From: Acidobacteriota bacterium
Lineage (GTDB): Bacteria; Acidobacteriota; Polarisedimenticolia; Gp22-AA2
Length of the DNA stretch: 64,000 nucleotides
Direction of reading: 5' to 3'
Assembly (NCBI GenBank): GCA_003223135.1
Contig: QHXX01000023.1
Location: forward strand, 64,120-128,119
Positions 32,512 to 41,665 of this stretch are shown in pieces. Below the pieces are notes generated by a model. It did not search any database. It saw only the letters and a list, made by a program, of their open reading frames with translations, and had not been told where the DNA came from. Position 1 is the stretch's first letter, and each line of letters starts with the position of its first letter. The position numbers and the translations under genes were made by a program.

Positions 32512-33735
32512 TCAGCCGCGGGCCGGACGATCGGCGGCGGCGCCGAGGTCGGACGCCTCGGGCGAGGGGATGACCTTGATCGGCGAGCCCTGCCTCAGCC
32601 CGCCCTGGCCGGCCACGATCACCTGCTCGCCCGGCTTCACACCGGACAGCGCCTCGACCCGGCCGCCCTCCTCGAGGCCGAGGGCGACGGTGCGCTTCTC
32701 CGCCACGCCGCCCGCGGCCACGAAGACGTAGGCGTCCTGCAGCTCGCGGATGACCGCTTCGCGCGGCAGCAGGATCGCCTGCGGGTGCGTCGTGCGAACG
32801 ACGTCGATCGTGACGAAGGCGCCCGGCCGCACCTCCGCGGGCGGCTCCTTGGCCTCGATGGTCAGCTTCACCGTGCCGGTCGCCGTGTCCACCACCGGGC
32901 TGATCTGGCGAATCCGTCCGCTGAAGCGCGTCTGCTCGTTGGCCTTCAAGGTGATCCGGACCTCGCGCCCTTCCTTCAGCCCGTAGACGTCCTTCTCCGG
33001 CACGAAGATCTTCGCGATCAACGGGTCGAAGTCGGAGACCGTGAACAGCTGGTCCCCCGGCCGGACGTGCTGGCCGAGCTTCATGAAGCGCTCGGTGACC
33101 CGGCCGCCGAAGGGGGCGCGAATCGTCGTCCTCTCGAGCCGCCACTGCGCCTCGGCCAACTCTTGTTGCGCGATCTGGAGGTCGAGGTGGTCCTTGTCGA
33201 ACTGCTCCCGGCTGATCAGGTGGTCGGCCACCTCCTGCTCCGCCCGCTCGAAGTTGATCCGGGCGTTCTCGAGCCGGACCTGCGCTTTCTTGAGGGCGAT
33301 CTCAGTGTCGTCCTTGACCAGCTGCGCCAGGACTTGCCCCTTGCCGATCCGGCTCCCCTCCTCGACGTGAAGCTCCGCGACCCGACCCTCCGCTTCGGCG
33401 AGGACCTTGACCTCGCTCTCTGCCACCAGGTTCGCCGTGGAGGAGATGTAGGATGACACCGGCCCTGTCCCGATCGCCGCCACGCTCACCGGCACCGGGG
33501 CCTTCTCCTCACCATTCTTGCCTTTGTCGGCCGGCGTGCCGCCGGCCGTCTTCGTGCTGGCCAGGGCGACCCCGCTCGAGGCTCCCTGCCCCCTCGACCC
33601 TGGCTGTCCCTGGGCGGTCGCCGCCGCCCCGGATTTTCGGTGGATGTACAGGCCGGTGGCTGAAGCCGCCACCACCACGGCCAGGAGAACCATCGAGAAG
33701 ACGAGGGCGCGCTTGCGACGGGAACTGAGGTTCAT
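32512..33735 (-). CDS. RND efflux periplasmic adaptor (membrane fusion protein, HlyD/AcrA family)
   Basis: N-terminal TM anchor, coiled-coil hairpin, lipoyl and beta-barrel domains typical of MFPs. Confidence 0.85.
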   Translation of the reverse strand: MNLSSRRKRALVFSMVLLAVVVAASATGLYIHRKSGAAATAQGQPGSRGQGASSGVALASTKTAGGTPADKGKNGEEKAPVPVSVAAIGTGPVSSYISSTANLVAESEVKVLAEAEGRVAELHVEEGSRIGKGQVLAQLVKDDTEIALKKAQVRLENARINFERAEQEVADHLISREQFDKDHLDLQIAQQELAEAQWRLERTTIRAPFGGRVTERFMKLGQHVRPGDQLFTVSDFDPLIAKIFVPEKDVYGLKEGREVRITLKANEQTRFSGRIRQISPVVDTATGTVKLTIEAKEPPAEVRPGAFVTIDVVRTTHPQAILLPREAVIRELQDAYVFVAAGGVAEKRTVALGLEEGGRVEALSGVKPGEQVIVAGQGGLRQGSPIKVIPSPEASDLGAAADRPARG

Positions 33736-33880
33736 CAGCCTCTCCAGATCTCTGATCCTGAAATTTGGTTGCGGTGGAACTCGGTCACCGTCCCTGTCCG
33801 TCCGTTCAACGGACGGCCCCGGCTCCCGGTTCCCGGAACTTCCGCGAAGGACTAGCAGCTGCCGCGGCGGTCCGGGGCCC

Positions 33881-34357
33881 TCACTTGGCTCGCTCGATGG
33901 TGACCTTACCGAAGGCGAAGCCGATGTCCACCCCGCGCCCCTTCCCCACCAGGGTCAGGGAGACCTCTCCCTTCGTCATGGCCTGGGCGTCGGCCGACTT
34001 GCCGGCCCCGGCGTGCGCCTCCGATTGGACGTACGACCCAAGTACCTCTTCGAGGTTCCGTGCGCCGGTGAACCTGCCGGTGCCGCCGATGATTTCGGAC
34101 TTTCCAAATGTAATACCGCCGCCCGTGGTCTTGATCCTGACCCTGGCCTTCTGGCCGTTGTCGCAGGTGATCGTACCGGTCCCCTTGGCCGTCTTGTAGA
34201 AGGCGGACCAGCCCTTGAGGTTGAATGTCATCTTGCATTGGACCAGTGCGTCGCTCGATTCCTTCGCCTCGTCTGCGGCGAACAGACGGTCGGCGGCACC
34301 GGTCGGGAGCACGAACGCGCACATCAGCCAGGCAGCGAGGATCGTTTCGGGCTTCAT
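33881..34357 (-). CDS. small secreted Gly-rich hypothetical protein (two Cys), heads the MFP-RND-RND operon
   Basis: Signal peptide MKPETILAAWLMCAFVLPTGAA; no recognisable family. Confidence 0.5.
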   Translation of the reverse strand: MKPETILAAWLMCAFVLPTGAADRLFAADEAKESSDALVQCKMTFNLKGWSAFYKTAKGTGTITCDNGQKARVRIKTTGGGITFGKSEIIGGTGRFTGARNLEEVLGSYVQSEAHAGAGKSADAQAMTKGEVSLTLVGKGRGVDIGFAFGKVTIERAK

Positions 34358-34398
34358 GTCATCCCCCGCGGGCGAGGATCTCCTTTGCGAGGGCCATT

Positions 34399-35727
34399 AT
34401 GACATCGGCAGGATATAATCCGCGCCCCATGACGCGAAGAGGTGTCCGCCCGGGCGCGCGCCGCCGGGCGCCGCGCGTCCTCACGGGTATCGAAGTCCTC
34501 GCCCGGTCCCGGCCGCGCTGGCTGCGGGACCGCCGGGTCGGGCTCCTCATGCACCCCGCCTCGGTCACCTCACGATTCGTCTCCTCCCGGCAGGTGGTCA
34601 CGGATCTGTTGGGCGCGAAATCGTTGCGCGCCCTGTTCGGCCCGCAGCACGGCATCGCGGGCGAAAAGCAGGACAACATGATCGAATCGGGTCACGGGGC
34701 GGATGCTGACCTCGGAATCCCCATCTACAGTCTCTATTCCGAGACCCGCTCACCGACGCCGAAGATGCTCCAGGACATCGACGTCCTGCTGGTCGACCTG
34801 CAGGATGTCGGCACGCGGGTCTACACCTTCGAGTGGACCGTGGCGCTGGCCCTCGAGGCCTGCGCTCAGATGGGGAAAGAAGTGGTCGTCCTCGACCGGC
34901 CCAATCCGTTGGGCGGCGAAGCACTCGAGGGAAACCTGATCCGCCCCGGCTACACCTCCTTCGTCGGTCTGTACCCGGTGCCGATGCGCCACGCCCTGAC
35001 GCTGGGGGAGCTGGCCGCCCTGGTCAATGCGCGGCTGGCCGGCGGGAACGGCGCGATGGGGCGGGACGGCGCGGGCGCCCGGTCAAAACGGCGCAAGGAT
35101 GGAGCCGGCTGGCGCTTTACGGGTCTGTGCGATCTGACGGTCGTGCCGATGGAAGGGTGGCGCAGGCGGATGCTTTTCCCCGACACCGGACTGCCGTGGG
35201 TCCTGCCGTCACCCAACATGCCGATGTTCGATACCGCCGTCGTCTATCCAGGACAGGTCCTGCTGGAAGGGACGAGCCTGTCGGAGGGGCGCGGCACCAC
35301 GCGGCCGTTCGAGATCTTCGGCGCCCCGTGGCTCGACACCCGGGCGGTGGCTTCCAGGTTTGACAGGCGCCGTCTTCCCGGGCTGGTCCTGCGCGAGCAT
35401 CCCTTCGAGCCCACCTTCCAGAAGTGGGCCGGGAATGTCTGCCAGGGATTCCAGATCCAGGTCACCGACGTCGGGACGTTCCGGCCCTACCTGACCACGC
35501 TCGCGCTCCTGCAGGACATCATCGCGGAGCACCGCGACCGCTTCGAGTGGAAGCAGCCTCCGTACGAGTACGTCACCGACCGACTGCCGATCGACGTCCT
35601 GACCGGCGACCCGGCCCTGCGGGAGGCGCTCGAGTCGGGCGCGGAGCTGCGGGACCTCGAGCGCGGCTGGCGCGGGGAGATCAAGGCGTTCGAGCGCGAG
35701 TCCCGTCCCTTTCGTCTCTATGCCTGA
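34399..35727 (+). CDS. DUF1343-family protein (exo-beta-N-acetylmuramidase NamZ-like)
   Basis: LFGPQHGIAGEKQD...DIDVLLVDLQDVGTRVYTFEWT matches the DUF1343/NamZ family; start at first ATG after the divergent minus-strand gene (alternative ATG at 34429). Confidence 0.7.
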   Translation: MTSAGYNPRPMTRRGVRPGARRRAPRVLTGIEVLARSRPRWLRDRRVGLLMHPASVTSRFVSSRQVVTDLLGAKSLRALFGPQHGIAGEKQDNMIESGHGADADLGIPIYSLYSETRSPTPKMLQDIDVLLVDLQDVGTRVYTFEWTVALALEACAQMGKEVVVLDRPNPLGGEALEGNLIRPGYTSFVGLYPVPMRHALTLGELAALVNARLAGGNGAMGRDGAGARSKRRKDGAGWRFTGLCDLTVVPMEGWRRRMLFPDTGLPWVLPSPNMPMFDTAVVYPGQVLLEGTSLSEGRGTTRPFEIFGAPWLDTRAVASRFDRRRLPGLVLREHPFEPTFQKWAGNVCQGFQIQVTDVGTFRPYLTTLALLQDIIAEHRDRFEWKQPPYEYVTDRLPIDVLTGDPALREALESGAELRDLERGWRGEIKAFERESRPFRLYA

Positions 35728-35745
35728 GACATCCGAGGTGCCGCG

Positions 35746-36843
35746 ATGCCATCACTTCCGAGCCTAACCGACGGCGCCTGGACCGCCTCTCCGTGGCTGA
35801 TGGCGCCCGCGGCGCTCATCCTCTGGGTCGCCGTGTTCCTGGCCGTCAAGACGATCGTCCTGGGCGCCATGCGCGGAGTGGCCCGGAGGACGGCGTGGGC
35901 CTGGGACGACATCCTGATCGACGCCCTCTCGGTGCCCCTCCTGATCGCCATCGTGTCCAGCGGTCTCGTCGTCTTCAATCGCATCCTGCCGCTCCAGCCG
36001 GAGTGGGACCGCGCTTTCGACATCTTGTTCGACTTCTCGATCGTCCTGGCGCTCGTGATGTTCGTCGATCGCGCCACGCGCGGCGTTCTCGATCGCTTCG
36101 CCGCCGGTTCGGCCGTCATGCAGGGCGCGCGCGGGCTCATTCAGGCCGGTGTGCGCGGCGTCGCCATCGGTATCGGGATCCTGATCTTCCTGGACAGTAT
36201 CGGCATCTCGATCACGCCGATCCTGGCGTCCCTGGGCGTTGGCAGCCTGGCCGTCGCCCTGGCGCTCCAGGACACCCTGGCGAACCTGTTCGCCGGCCTC
36301 TACATGATCGCCGACAAGCCGATCGAGCCCGGCCACATGATCCGGCTGCCAGGCGGCGAGGAGGGCCACGTCACGAAGATCGGCTGGAGAAGCACCTGGA
36401 TCCGGCAGCCGCCCAACAGCATGCTGGTGATCCCGAACGCGAAGCTGGCAGGCGGCATCATCATCAATTACGACCTCCCGCAGCGCGAGATCGCGGTCAC
36501 CGTTCCGATCGGTGTACGCTACGACAGCGATCTGGGAAGCGTCGAGAGCGTGACCCTCGACGTGGCGCGCGGGGTGCAGCGCACCGTGGCGGGAGCGGTC
36601 GCGGAGGCCGAGCCGGTTCTGCGCTTTCTCGGCTTCGGGGATTCCTCCATCCAGTTGAACGTCACGCTCCGGGCCCGGGACTTCACAGGAATGGCCGAGG
36701 TCAGGCACGAGTTCGTGAAGCGCGTGCAGTCGCGCTTCCGGCAGGAGGGAATCATCATCCCGTACCCGGTTCGCACGCTCGACTTCCCGCCGGCCCACCT
36801 GGAAGGGCTGAAGGACATCCTGGGCGGCGGCAGGCGCGACTGA
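35746..36843 (+). CDS. mechanosensitive ion channel, MscS family
   Basis: TM3 pore helix region GVGSLAVALALQDTLANLFAGLYMIADKPIEPGHMI and beta/alpha-beta cytoplasmic domains. Confidence 0.85.
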   Translation: MPSLPSLTDGAWTASPWLMAPAALILWVAVFLAVKTIVLGAMRGVARRTAWAWDDILIDALSVPLLIAIVSSGLVVFNRILPLQPEWDRAFDILFDFSIVLALVMFVDRATRGVLDRFAAGSAVMQGARGLIQAGVRGVAIGIGILIFLDSIGISITPILASLGVGSLAVALALQDTLANLFAGLYMIADKPIEPGHMIRLPGGEEGHVTKIGWRSTWIRQPPNSMLVIPNAKLAGGIIINYDLPQREIAVTVPIGVRYDSDLGSVESVTLDVARGVQRTVAGAVAEAEPVLRFLGFGDSSIQLNVTLRARDFTGMAEVRHEFVKRVQSRFRQEGIIIPYPVRTLDFPPAHLEGLKDILGGGRRD

Positions 36844-36872
36844 GCGGGCCTTTCGACTAGAATCGTCCCGTC

Positions 36873-37865
36873 ATGCCGCTCCCGCACATCGTCTACCTGT
36901 CGCGCGCCGACGTCGAGGCGGCGCGCCTGCCGATGAAGGCGATCATCGAACGGCTGGAGATCGCCTTCGGCGAGAAGGGGCGCGGTCGCGTCGAGATGCC
37001 GCCCAAGCCGGGGATCCACCCCGGACCGCCCGGCAGCGACAACTTCATCCACGCCATGCCGGCCTCTGTTCCCGCCCTGGGTGCGGCGGGTGTGAAGTGG
37101 GTCAGTGGCTTCCCTCACAATGACACGCGCGGCCTGCCCACGATCTCGGGGCTTTTGATCCTCAACGATCCCGAGACCGGTCTCCCGAAGGCGGTCATGG
37201 ACGCCGCCTGGATCACGGCGATGCGCACCGGCGCGGCGACGGCCGTGGCGGCAAGGCATCTGGCGCGCCGCGGCGCCGCGACCTTCGGCATCCTCGGCTG
37301 CGGCGTGCAGGCACGCACGAACCTCGAGGCGCTGACGCTCGTCCTGCCGTCCCTGAAGGAGGTGCGCGCCTACGACATCCATCCGGAGAGGGCGGCGCGC
37401 TACTGCGAGGAGATGGGGACCGTCCACCCGGGGCTGCGCCTCGAGCCGGTCACGACCCCAAGGAAAGCGGTCGAGGGCGCGGATGTCGTCGTCACCGCCG
37501 GCCAGATCCAGGCCAGGCCGGATCCCGCCATCGCTCCGGGGTGGCTGTCCGAAGGGGCGCTGGGCGTGCCGCTCGATTACGACTCGTACTGGAAGCCCGA
37601 GGCGATGGCCGCCGCCGATCGCTTCATGACCGACGACACGCCTCAGCTTCTGCACACGCGGGCCCGCGGCGTCTTCTTCCAGCGCATCCCCGAGGTCTAC
37701 GCCGATCTCGGGGAGATCGTCGCCGGGCTCAAGGACGGCCGCCGCAACGACCGCGAGCGCCTCCTCTGCATGAACCTCGGAATCGCGCTCGAGGACATGG
37801 CCACAGCACCCCTGGTCCTGGAGCGCGCCCTCCAACAGGGCCTGGGGACGAAGCTCGCGCTGTAG
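36873..37865 (+). CDS. ornithine cyclodeaminase / mu-crystallin family protein
   Basis: Rossmann GILGCGVQA and OCD-family N- and C-terminal regions over 330 aa. Confidence 0.8.
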   Translation: MPLPHIVYLSRADVEAARLPMKAIIERLEIAFGEKGRGRVEMPPKPGIHPGPPGSDNFIHAMPASVPALGAAGVKWVSGFPHNDTRGLPTISGLLILNDPETGLPKAVMDAAWITAMRTGAATAVAARHLARRGAATFGILGCGVQARTNLEALTLVLPSLKEVRAYDIHPERAARYCEEMGTVHPGLRLEPVTTPRKAVEGADVVVTAGQIQARPDPAIAPGWLSEGALGVPLDYDSYWKPEAMAAADRFMTDDTPQLLHTRARGVFFQRIPEVYADLGEIVAGLKDGRRNDRERLLCMNLGIALEDMATAPLVLERALQQGLGTKLAL

Positions 37866-37917
37866 TAGCCCGCGGCCGGACCCAACGACGACCACCGAGG
37901 TCCCCCGACCTCCACCT

Positions 37918-38250
37918 GGCGGACCGCAGCGCGGCGCGGCTCATGCTCACTCGCGCGGGGTCTCCCCCGGACATCTCGCGCGCATGGCGCGGCTCGAAAT
38001 CGCCGCACCGCGCTGCGGCCCGCCATGCACCTGCGGGGCTTCATCGCGAGCCTATCGGAGAGTCTTCCTGTGCCCGAACCCGACCAGTTCGATGAGAGCG
38101 TGTCGGCGTGAGCCCCGAGGTGCGGCGCCGAGGCTTGCGCTCGCCGGAGCGTGCGAGACCGCGCGCCGGGGCCCCGCCGCGCGCGTTCCAGCGCGGTGGG
38201 CGGCGCGTGGCGAGCCGAGGGGAGGCTTGCGCAGCAAGCCGGACCCGTCT
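37918..38250. repeat. intergenic dispersed repeat, copy B (blocks ~37918-38040 and ~38157-38248)
   Basis: See copy A (21490-21900); spacer between blocks is ~70 nt shorter than in copy A. Confidence 0.6.
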
Positions 38251-38307
38251 CCGGCGGGCGCAGGGCTCGGCGCCACCCGGCCGGAGATGCTCCCGCGATC
38301 AGGGCTC

Positions 38308-38364
38308 TTGAAATCGGGATGGACGGGTGGTAGATTCATGTCCTCGTTTCAAACGATCGTTTTG
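38308..38364 (+). promoter_or_regulatory. promoter (TTGAAA-17 nt-TAGATT) plus palindromic operator AAACGATCGTTT in the leader of the tetR-efflux operon
   Basis: -35 at 38308-38313, -10 at 38331-38336; 12-bp perfect palindrome at ~38351-38362 just downstream of predicted TSS, typical TetR autoregulatory operator. Confidence 0.5.
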
Positions 38365-38382
38365 ACGGCAGGAGAGACCCGC

Positions 38383-39048
38383 ATGATCCCGGCCCGCGCC
38401 ATCGATCGAGGGTCACCCGAGACCCCGACGAAGACGCGCGAGCGTCTCCTCGACACTGCCGAGCGCCTGTTCGCCGAGCGCGGTTTCCGGGCGGTGTCGG
38501 TGCGCGTCATCACCTCCCACGCCGGCTGCAACGTCGCCGCGGTCAACTACTACTTCGGCGGGAAGGAAAACCTGTACCGGGAGATGTTCCGGCGCCGCCT
38601 CGTCGCCCTGCGCGAGCAGCGCATCTCAAGCATCCGCCGGGCGATGGCCGAGGCGGGAAGCGGGGCGAGCCTGGAGCTGCCGCTGCGCGCCTTTACCACC
38701 GCGTTCCTCGAGCCGCATCTCGACCAGAGCGGCGGCCGGCGCCTGATGCGACTGTTCTCACGGGAGCTCCTGGATCCGCATCTCAAGGCAGGGACCCTGC
38801 AGCGGGAGGTGATCGAGCCGGTCCACAGCGCGCTGGTCGAGGCGATCCAGGCGGTCTGTCCCGGTCTCGATGCCAGCGCGGCGCGCCGGTCCATCCATTC
38901 GCTGGTCGCCCAGCTGGTGCATGTCGTGCACATGCGGAACGCCCCGGGAGTCCTGCGCGGGGCGGGACGGGAGGACTTTTCGTTCCCCGCCGTCGTCGAT
39001 CACATCGTCAGGTTCTCCGCCGCCGGCATCCGCGGCAGCCTGACATGA
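38383..39048 (+). CDS. TetR/AcrR-family transcriptional regulator
   Basis: HTH TRERLLDTAERLFAERGFRAVSVRVITSHAGCNVAAVNYYFGGKENLY; start at ATG 38383 with GGAGAG SD (the upstream ATG 38338 abuts the -10 box). Confidence 0.8.
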   Translation: MIPARAIDRGSPETPTKTRERLLDTAERLFAERGFRAVSVRVITSHAGCNVAAVNYYFGGKENLYREMFRRRLVALREQRISSIRRAMAEAGSGASLELPLRAFTTAFLEPHLDQSGGRRLMRLFSRELLDPHLKAGTLQREVIEPVHSALVEAIQAVCPGLDASAARRSIHSLVAQLVHVVHMRNAPGVLRGAGREDFSFPAVVDHIVRFSAAGIRGSLT

Positions 39049-40496
39049 AGACGTCCTCGGTCGCGCTTCCGGTCGCGCTGGCCGGCCTGTTCTCCGCCGC
39101 GGGCTGCGTCCACGAGATGTCGGCGGGCCGCACGGAGCCGGGGGTCGCGCCAGGTCCAGGCTTGCCCTGGACTCCGCCGGCCTCGGTCGAAACGACACCC
39201 GCACCAGCCCCGGCGCCGTCGCAGATTCCGCCGGATCTGGTGAAGACGGCACAGGGCTGGGGCCTGAACGATCTCATCGACCTGGCGCTGCGCAACAACC
39301 CCGACACACGGGCGGCCTGGTTCGCCGCCCGCTCGGCCGCCGCCGATCTCGGCGCTCAGCGCGGCGCCTACTACCCGACGACCTTCGCGCAGGAGGCAAC
39401 GACCCGGCAGAAAGGCTCGGCGGTCGGGGGGCAGTTCACGTTCCACTCCACCACGACCAATCCTTCGATCGTGATGAACTATCTCCTCCTCGACTTCGGC
39501 GGGAGGAACGCGGCGGTCGAGGAGTCGCGCCAGGCGCTGATCGCCGCCAACTGGTCGCACAACGCGGCGATCCAGGATGCCGTCCTCGGAGTCCAGCAGG
39601 CGTACTACCAGTATCTGAACACGCGGGCGCTCGAGGTCGCGGAGCAGGCGGCGCTCAAGGAGGCCCACGCGAATCTCGACGCCGCCGACCACCGTCACGA
39701 GGCGGGTCTCAGCACCGTCGCCGACGTCCTGCAGGCCAGGACAGCGCTGTCGCAGGCGCGGCTCAGGCTCGAGACGGCGCAGGGGCAGATCCAGGTGATC
39801 CGCGGCGTCCTCGCGACCGCCGTGGGGCTTCCCGCCAACACGTCCTTCGACGTGGAAATTCCGCTGCAGGAGGTGCCGCTGGCGCAGGGGACCGAGCAGG
39901 TCGACCGTCTGATCGAGCAGGCCCAGGCCCGAAGACCGGACCTGTCGGCGGCTCGGGCTCTCGTGTTGAAGGCGCAGGCGAATCTCGACAACGCCCGGGC
40001 GCAGGACCGGCCCACCCTCACCACGACCCTGAACGGCGGACGGATCTTCTACGCCCCCGATTACAATAGCCAGGACACGTACAGCCTGGGCTTCATGCTG
40101 ACCGTCCCGATCTTCAACGGATTGACCTATCACTACAATGTGTTCAAGGCGGAGGCCGACACCGAGGTCTCCCGGGCCCGGCTTGACAGCCTGCAGCAGC
40201 AGGCGACCTTCCAGGTCTGGAACAGCTACTACAACCAGAAAACCGCGACACAGCGCGTCCTGACCACGCGCGATCTGCTGGAGAGCGCGAGCCAGTCGTA
40301 CGACGTCGTCTCGGCGCGTTACAAGGCAGGCGTCGGCAGCATCCTCGATCTCCTGAGCGCGGAGAGCGCCCTCGCCAGCGCGCGCGCACAGGAGGCTCAG
40401 GCGCGCACCGACTGGTTCGTCGCCACGGCGCAGCTGGCGCACGATACCGGCGGAATCTGGGGGCCGGCCGGGCCCGGGCAGAAGGAGACGCCATGA
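39045..40496 (+). CDS. RND efflux outer-membrane factor lipoprotein (TolC/NodT family)
   Basis: Lipobox LFSAAGC; two TolC-like repeats; ATGA overlap with tetR. Confidence 0.85.
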   Translation: MKTSSVALPVALAGLFSAAGCVHEMSAGRTEPGVAPGPGLPWTPPASVETTPAPAPAPSQIPPDLVKTAQGWGLNDLIDLALRNNPDTRAAWFAARSAAADLGAQRGAYYPTTFAQEATTRQKGSAVGGQFTFHSTTTNPSIVMNYLLLDFGGRNAAVEESRQALIAANWSHNAAIQDAVLGVQQAYYQYLNTRALEVAEQAALKEAHANLDAADHRHEAGLSTVADVLQARTALSQARLRLETAQGQIQVIRGVLATAVGLPANTSFDVEIPLQEVPLAQGTEQVDRLIEQAQARRPDLSAARALVLKAQANLDNARAQDRPTLTTTLNGGRIFYAPDYNSQDTYSLGFMLTVPIFNGLTYHYNVFKAEADTEVSRARLDSLQQQATFQVWNSYYNQKTATQRVLTTRDLLESASQSYDVVSARYKAGVGSILDLLSAESALASARAQEAQARTDWFVATAQLAHDTGGIWGPAGPGQKETP

Positions 40497-41665
40497 AGAG
40501 GCCGTGGATGAGGGCCGCCACGATCGCGGGCGTCCTGGCGCTCACGGCACTCGCCGCCTGCTCCGGGAAGGCCCCCGCGGGGAGCGGCGGGCACGACCCC
40601 GTGCCGGTCACGGTCGGTGTCGTGACACAGATGAATGTTCCGATCGTGATCAACGAGATCGGCTCGGTCGAGGCCTACTCGACCGTCGACATCAAGGCGC
40701 AGATCGGAGGCGAGCTGATAGAGGTCGGCTTTCGTGAGGGCCAGGACGTGCAGAGAGGCGCCCTCCTGTTCCGCATCGATCCGCGGCCGTACGAGGCGGC
40801 CCTCAAGTCGGCGCAGGCCCAGCTCGAGAAGGACTCGGTCCAGCTCAAGACCGCGCAGCAGGACCTGGCGCGCTACGGCGACCTGGTGAAGAAGGACTAC
40901 GTCACCCAGGAGGAGTACGAGCGGATCCGCACCAACGCCGCTTCGCTCGAGGCGGCCGTCGCCGCGGACCGAGCCGCCGTGGACAACGCGACCGTCCAGC
41001 TCGAGTACTGCACCATCCGTTCCCCGATCGTAGGCCGCACCGGAAAGCTGATGGTGAACCGGGGGAATCTCGTCAAGTCGAACGCCGATACTCCGCTCGT
41101 GGTCATCAACCAGATCGATCCGATCTACGTCGCGTTCTCGGTGCCCCAGCGGGAGCTGCCGGAGATCAAGAGCCGCCGCGCGGCGGGGAGTCTGGTGGTC
41201 CAGGCGGTCATCCCCGACAGCGCCGTCCAGCCTCCCCCGGGCACCCTCAGCTTCATCGACAATGCCGTCAACACCACCACCGGCTCGGTCCTCCTGAAGG
41301 CGACCTTCCCGAACCGCGATCGGGTTCTCTGGCCGGGGCAGTTCGTCACCGTCAGTCTTCAGGTGTCGATGCAGCCGAACGCCCTCCTCGTCCCGACCCA
41401 GGCGATCCAGACGGGGCAGCAGGGCCCGTACGTGTACGTCGTCAAACCCGATCTCACCGTGGAATCGCGCCCCATCGTGCCGGGCGGAGTCTACGAGCAC
41501 GAGACGATCGTGGAGAAGGGAATCGCGGCGGGGGAGCGGGTGGTGAAGGACGGACAGATCCGGCTCGTCCCCGGGGCGAGCATCAGGATCCAGGAGGACG
41601 CCGCGGGTGGATCGGCGCCTGCCGCGCCGGCCACCTCCCCCCCGGGGACGGAGGCCCGCCGATGA
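40493..41665 (+). CDS. RND efflux periplasmic adaptor (AcrA/MexA-like MFP)
   Basis: Lipoprotein signal LTALAACSG; MFP domain order. Confidence 0.85.
   Translation: MKRPWMRAATIAGVLALTALAACSGKAPAGSGGHDPVPVTVGVVTQMNVPIVINEIGSVEAYSTVDIKAQIGGELIEVGFREGQDVQRGALLFRIDPRPYEAALKSAQAQLEKDSVQLKTAQQDLARYGDLVKKDYVTQEEYERIRTNAASLEAAVAADRAAVDNATVQLEYCTIRSPIVGRTGKLMVNRGNLVKSNADTPLVVINQIDPIYVAFSVPQRELPEIKSRRAAGSLVVQAVIPDSAVQPPPGTLSFIDNAVNTTTGSVLLKATFPNRDRVLWPGQFVTVSLQVSMQPNALLVPTQAIQTGQQGPYVYVVKPDLTVESRPIVPGGVYEHETIVEKGIAAGERVVKDGQIRLVPGASIRIQEDAAGGSAPAAPATSPPGTEARR

Noticed and set aside
33805-33823. 19-bp perfect palindrome CCGTCCGTTCAACGGACGG as a standalone regulatory feature
   Set aside because: Could be an operator or a terminator for the upstream small gene; no adjacent regulator gene to support an assignment, so mentioned only within the efflux finding
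38338-38340. Upstream ATG as TetR start
   Set aside because: It lies 1 nt after the predicted -10 box (TAGATT), so it would not be on the transcript; ATG 38383 has a GGAGAG SD and gives a normal TetR N-terminus
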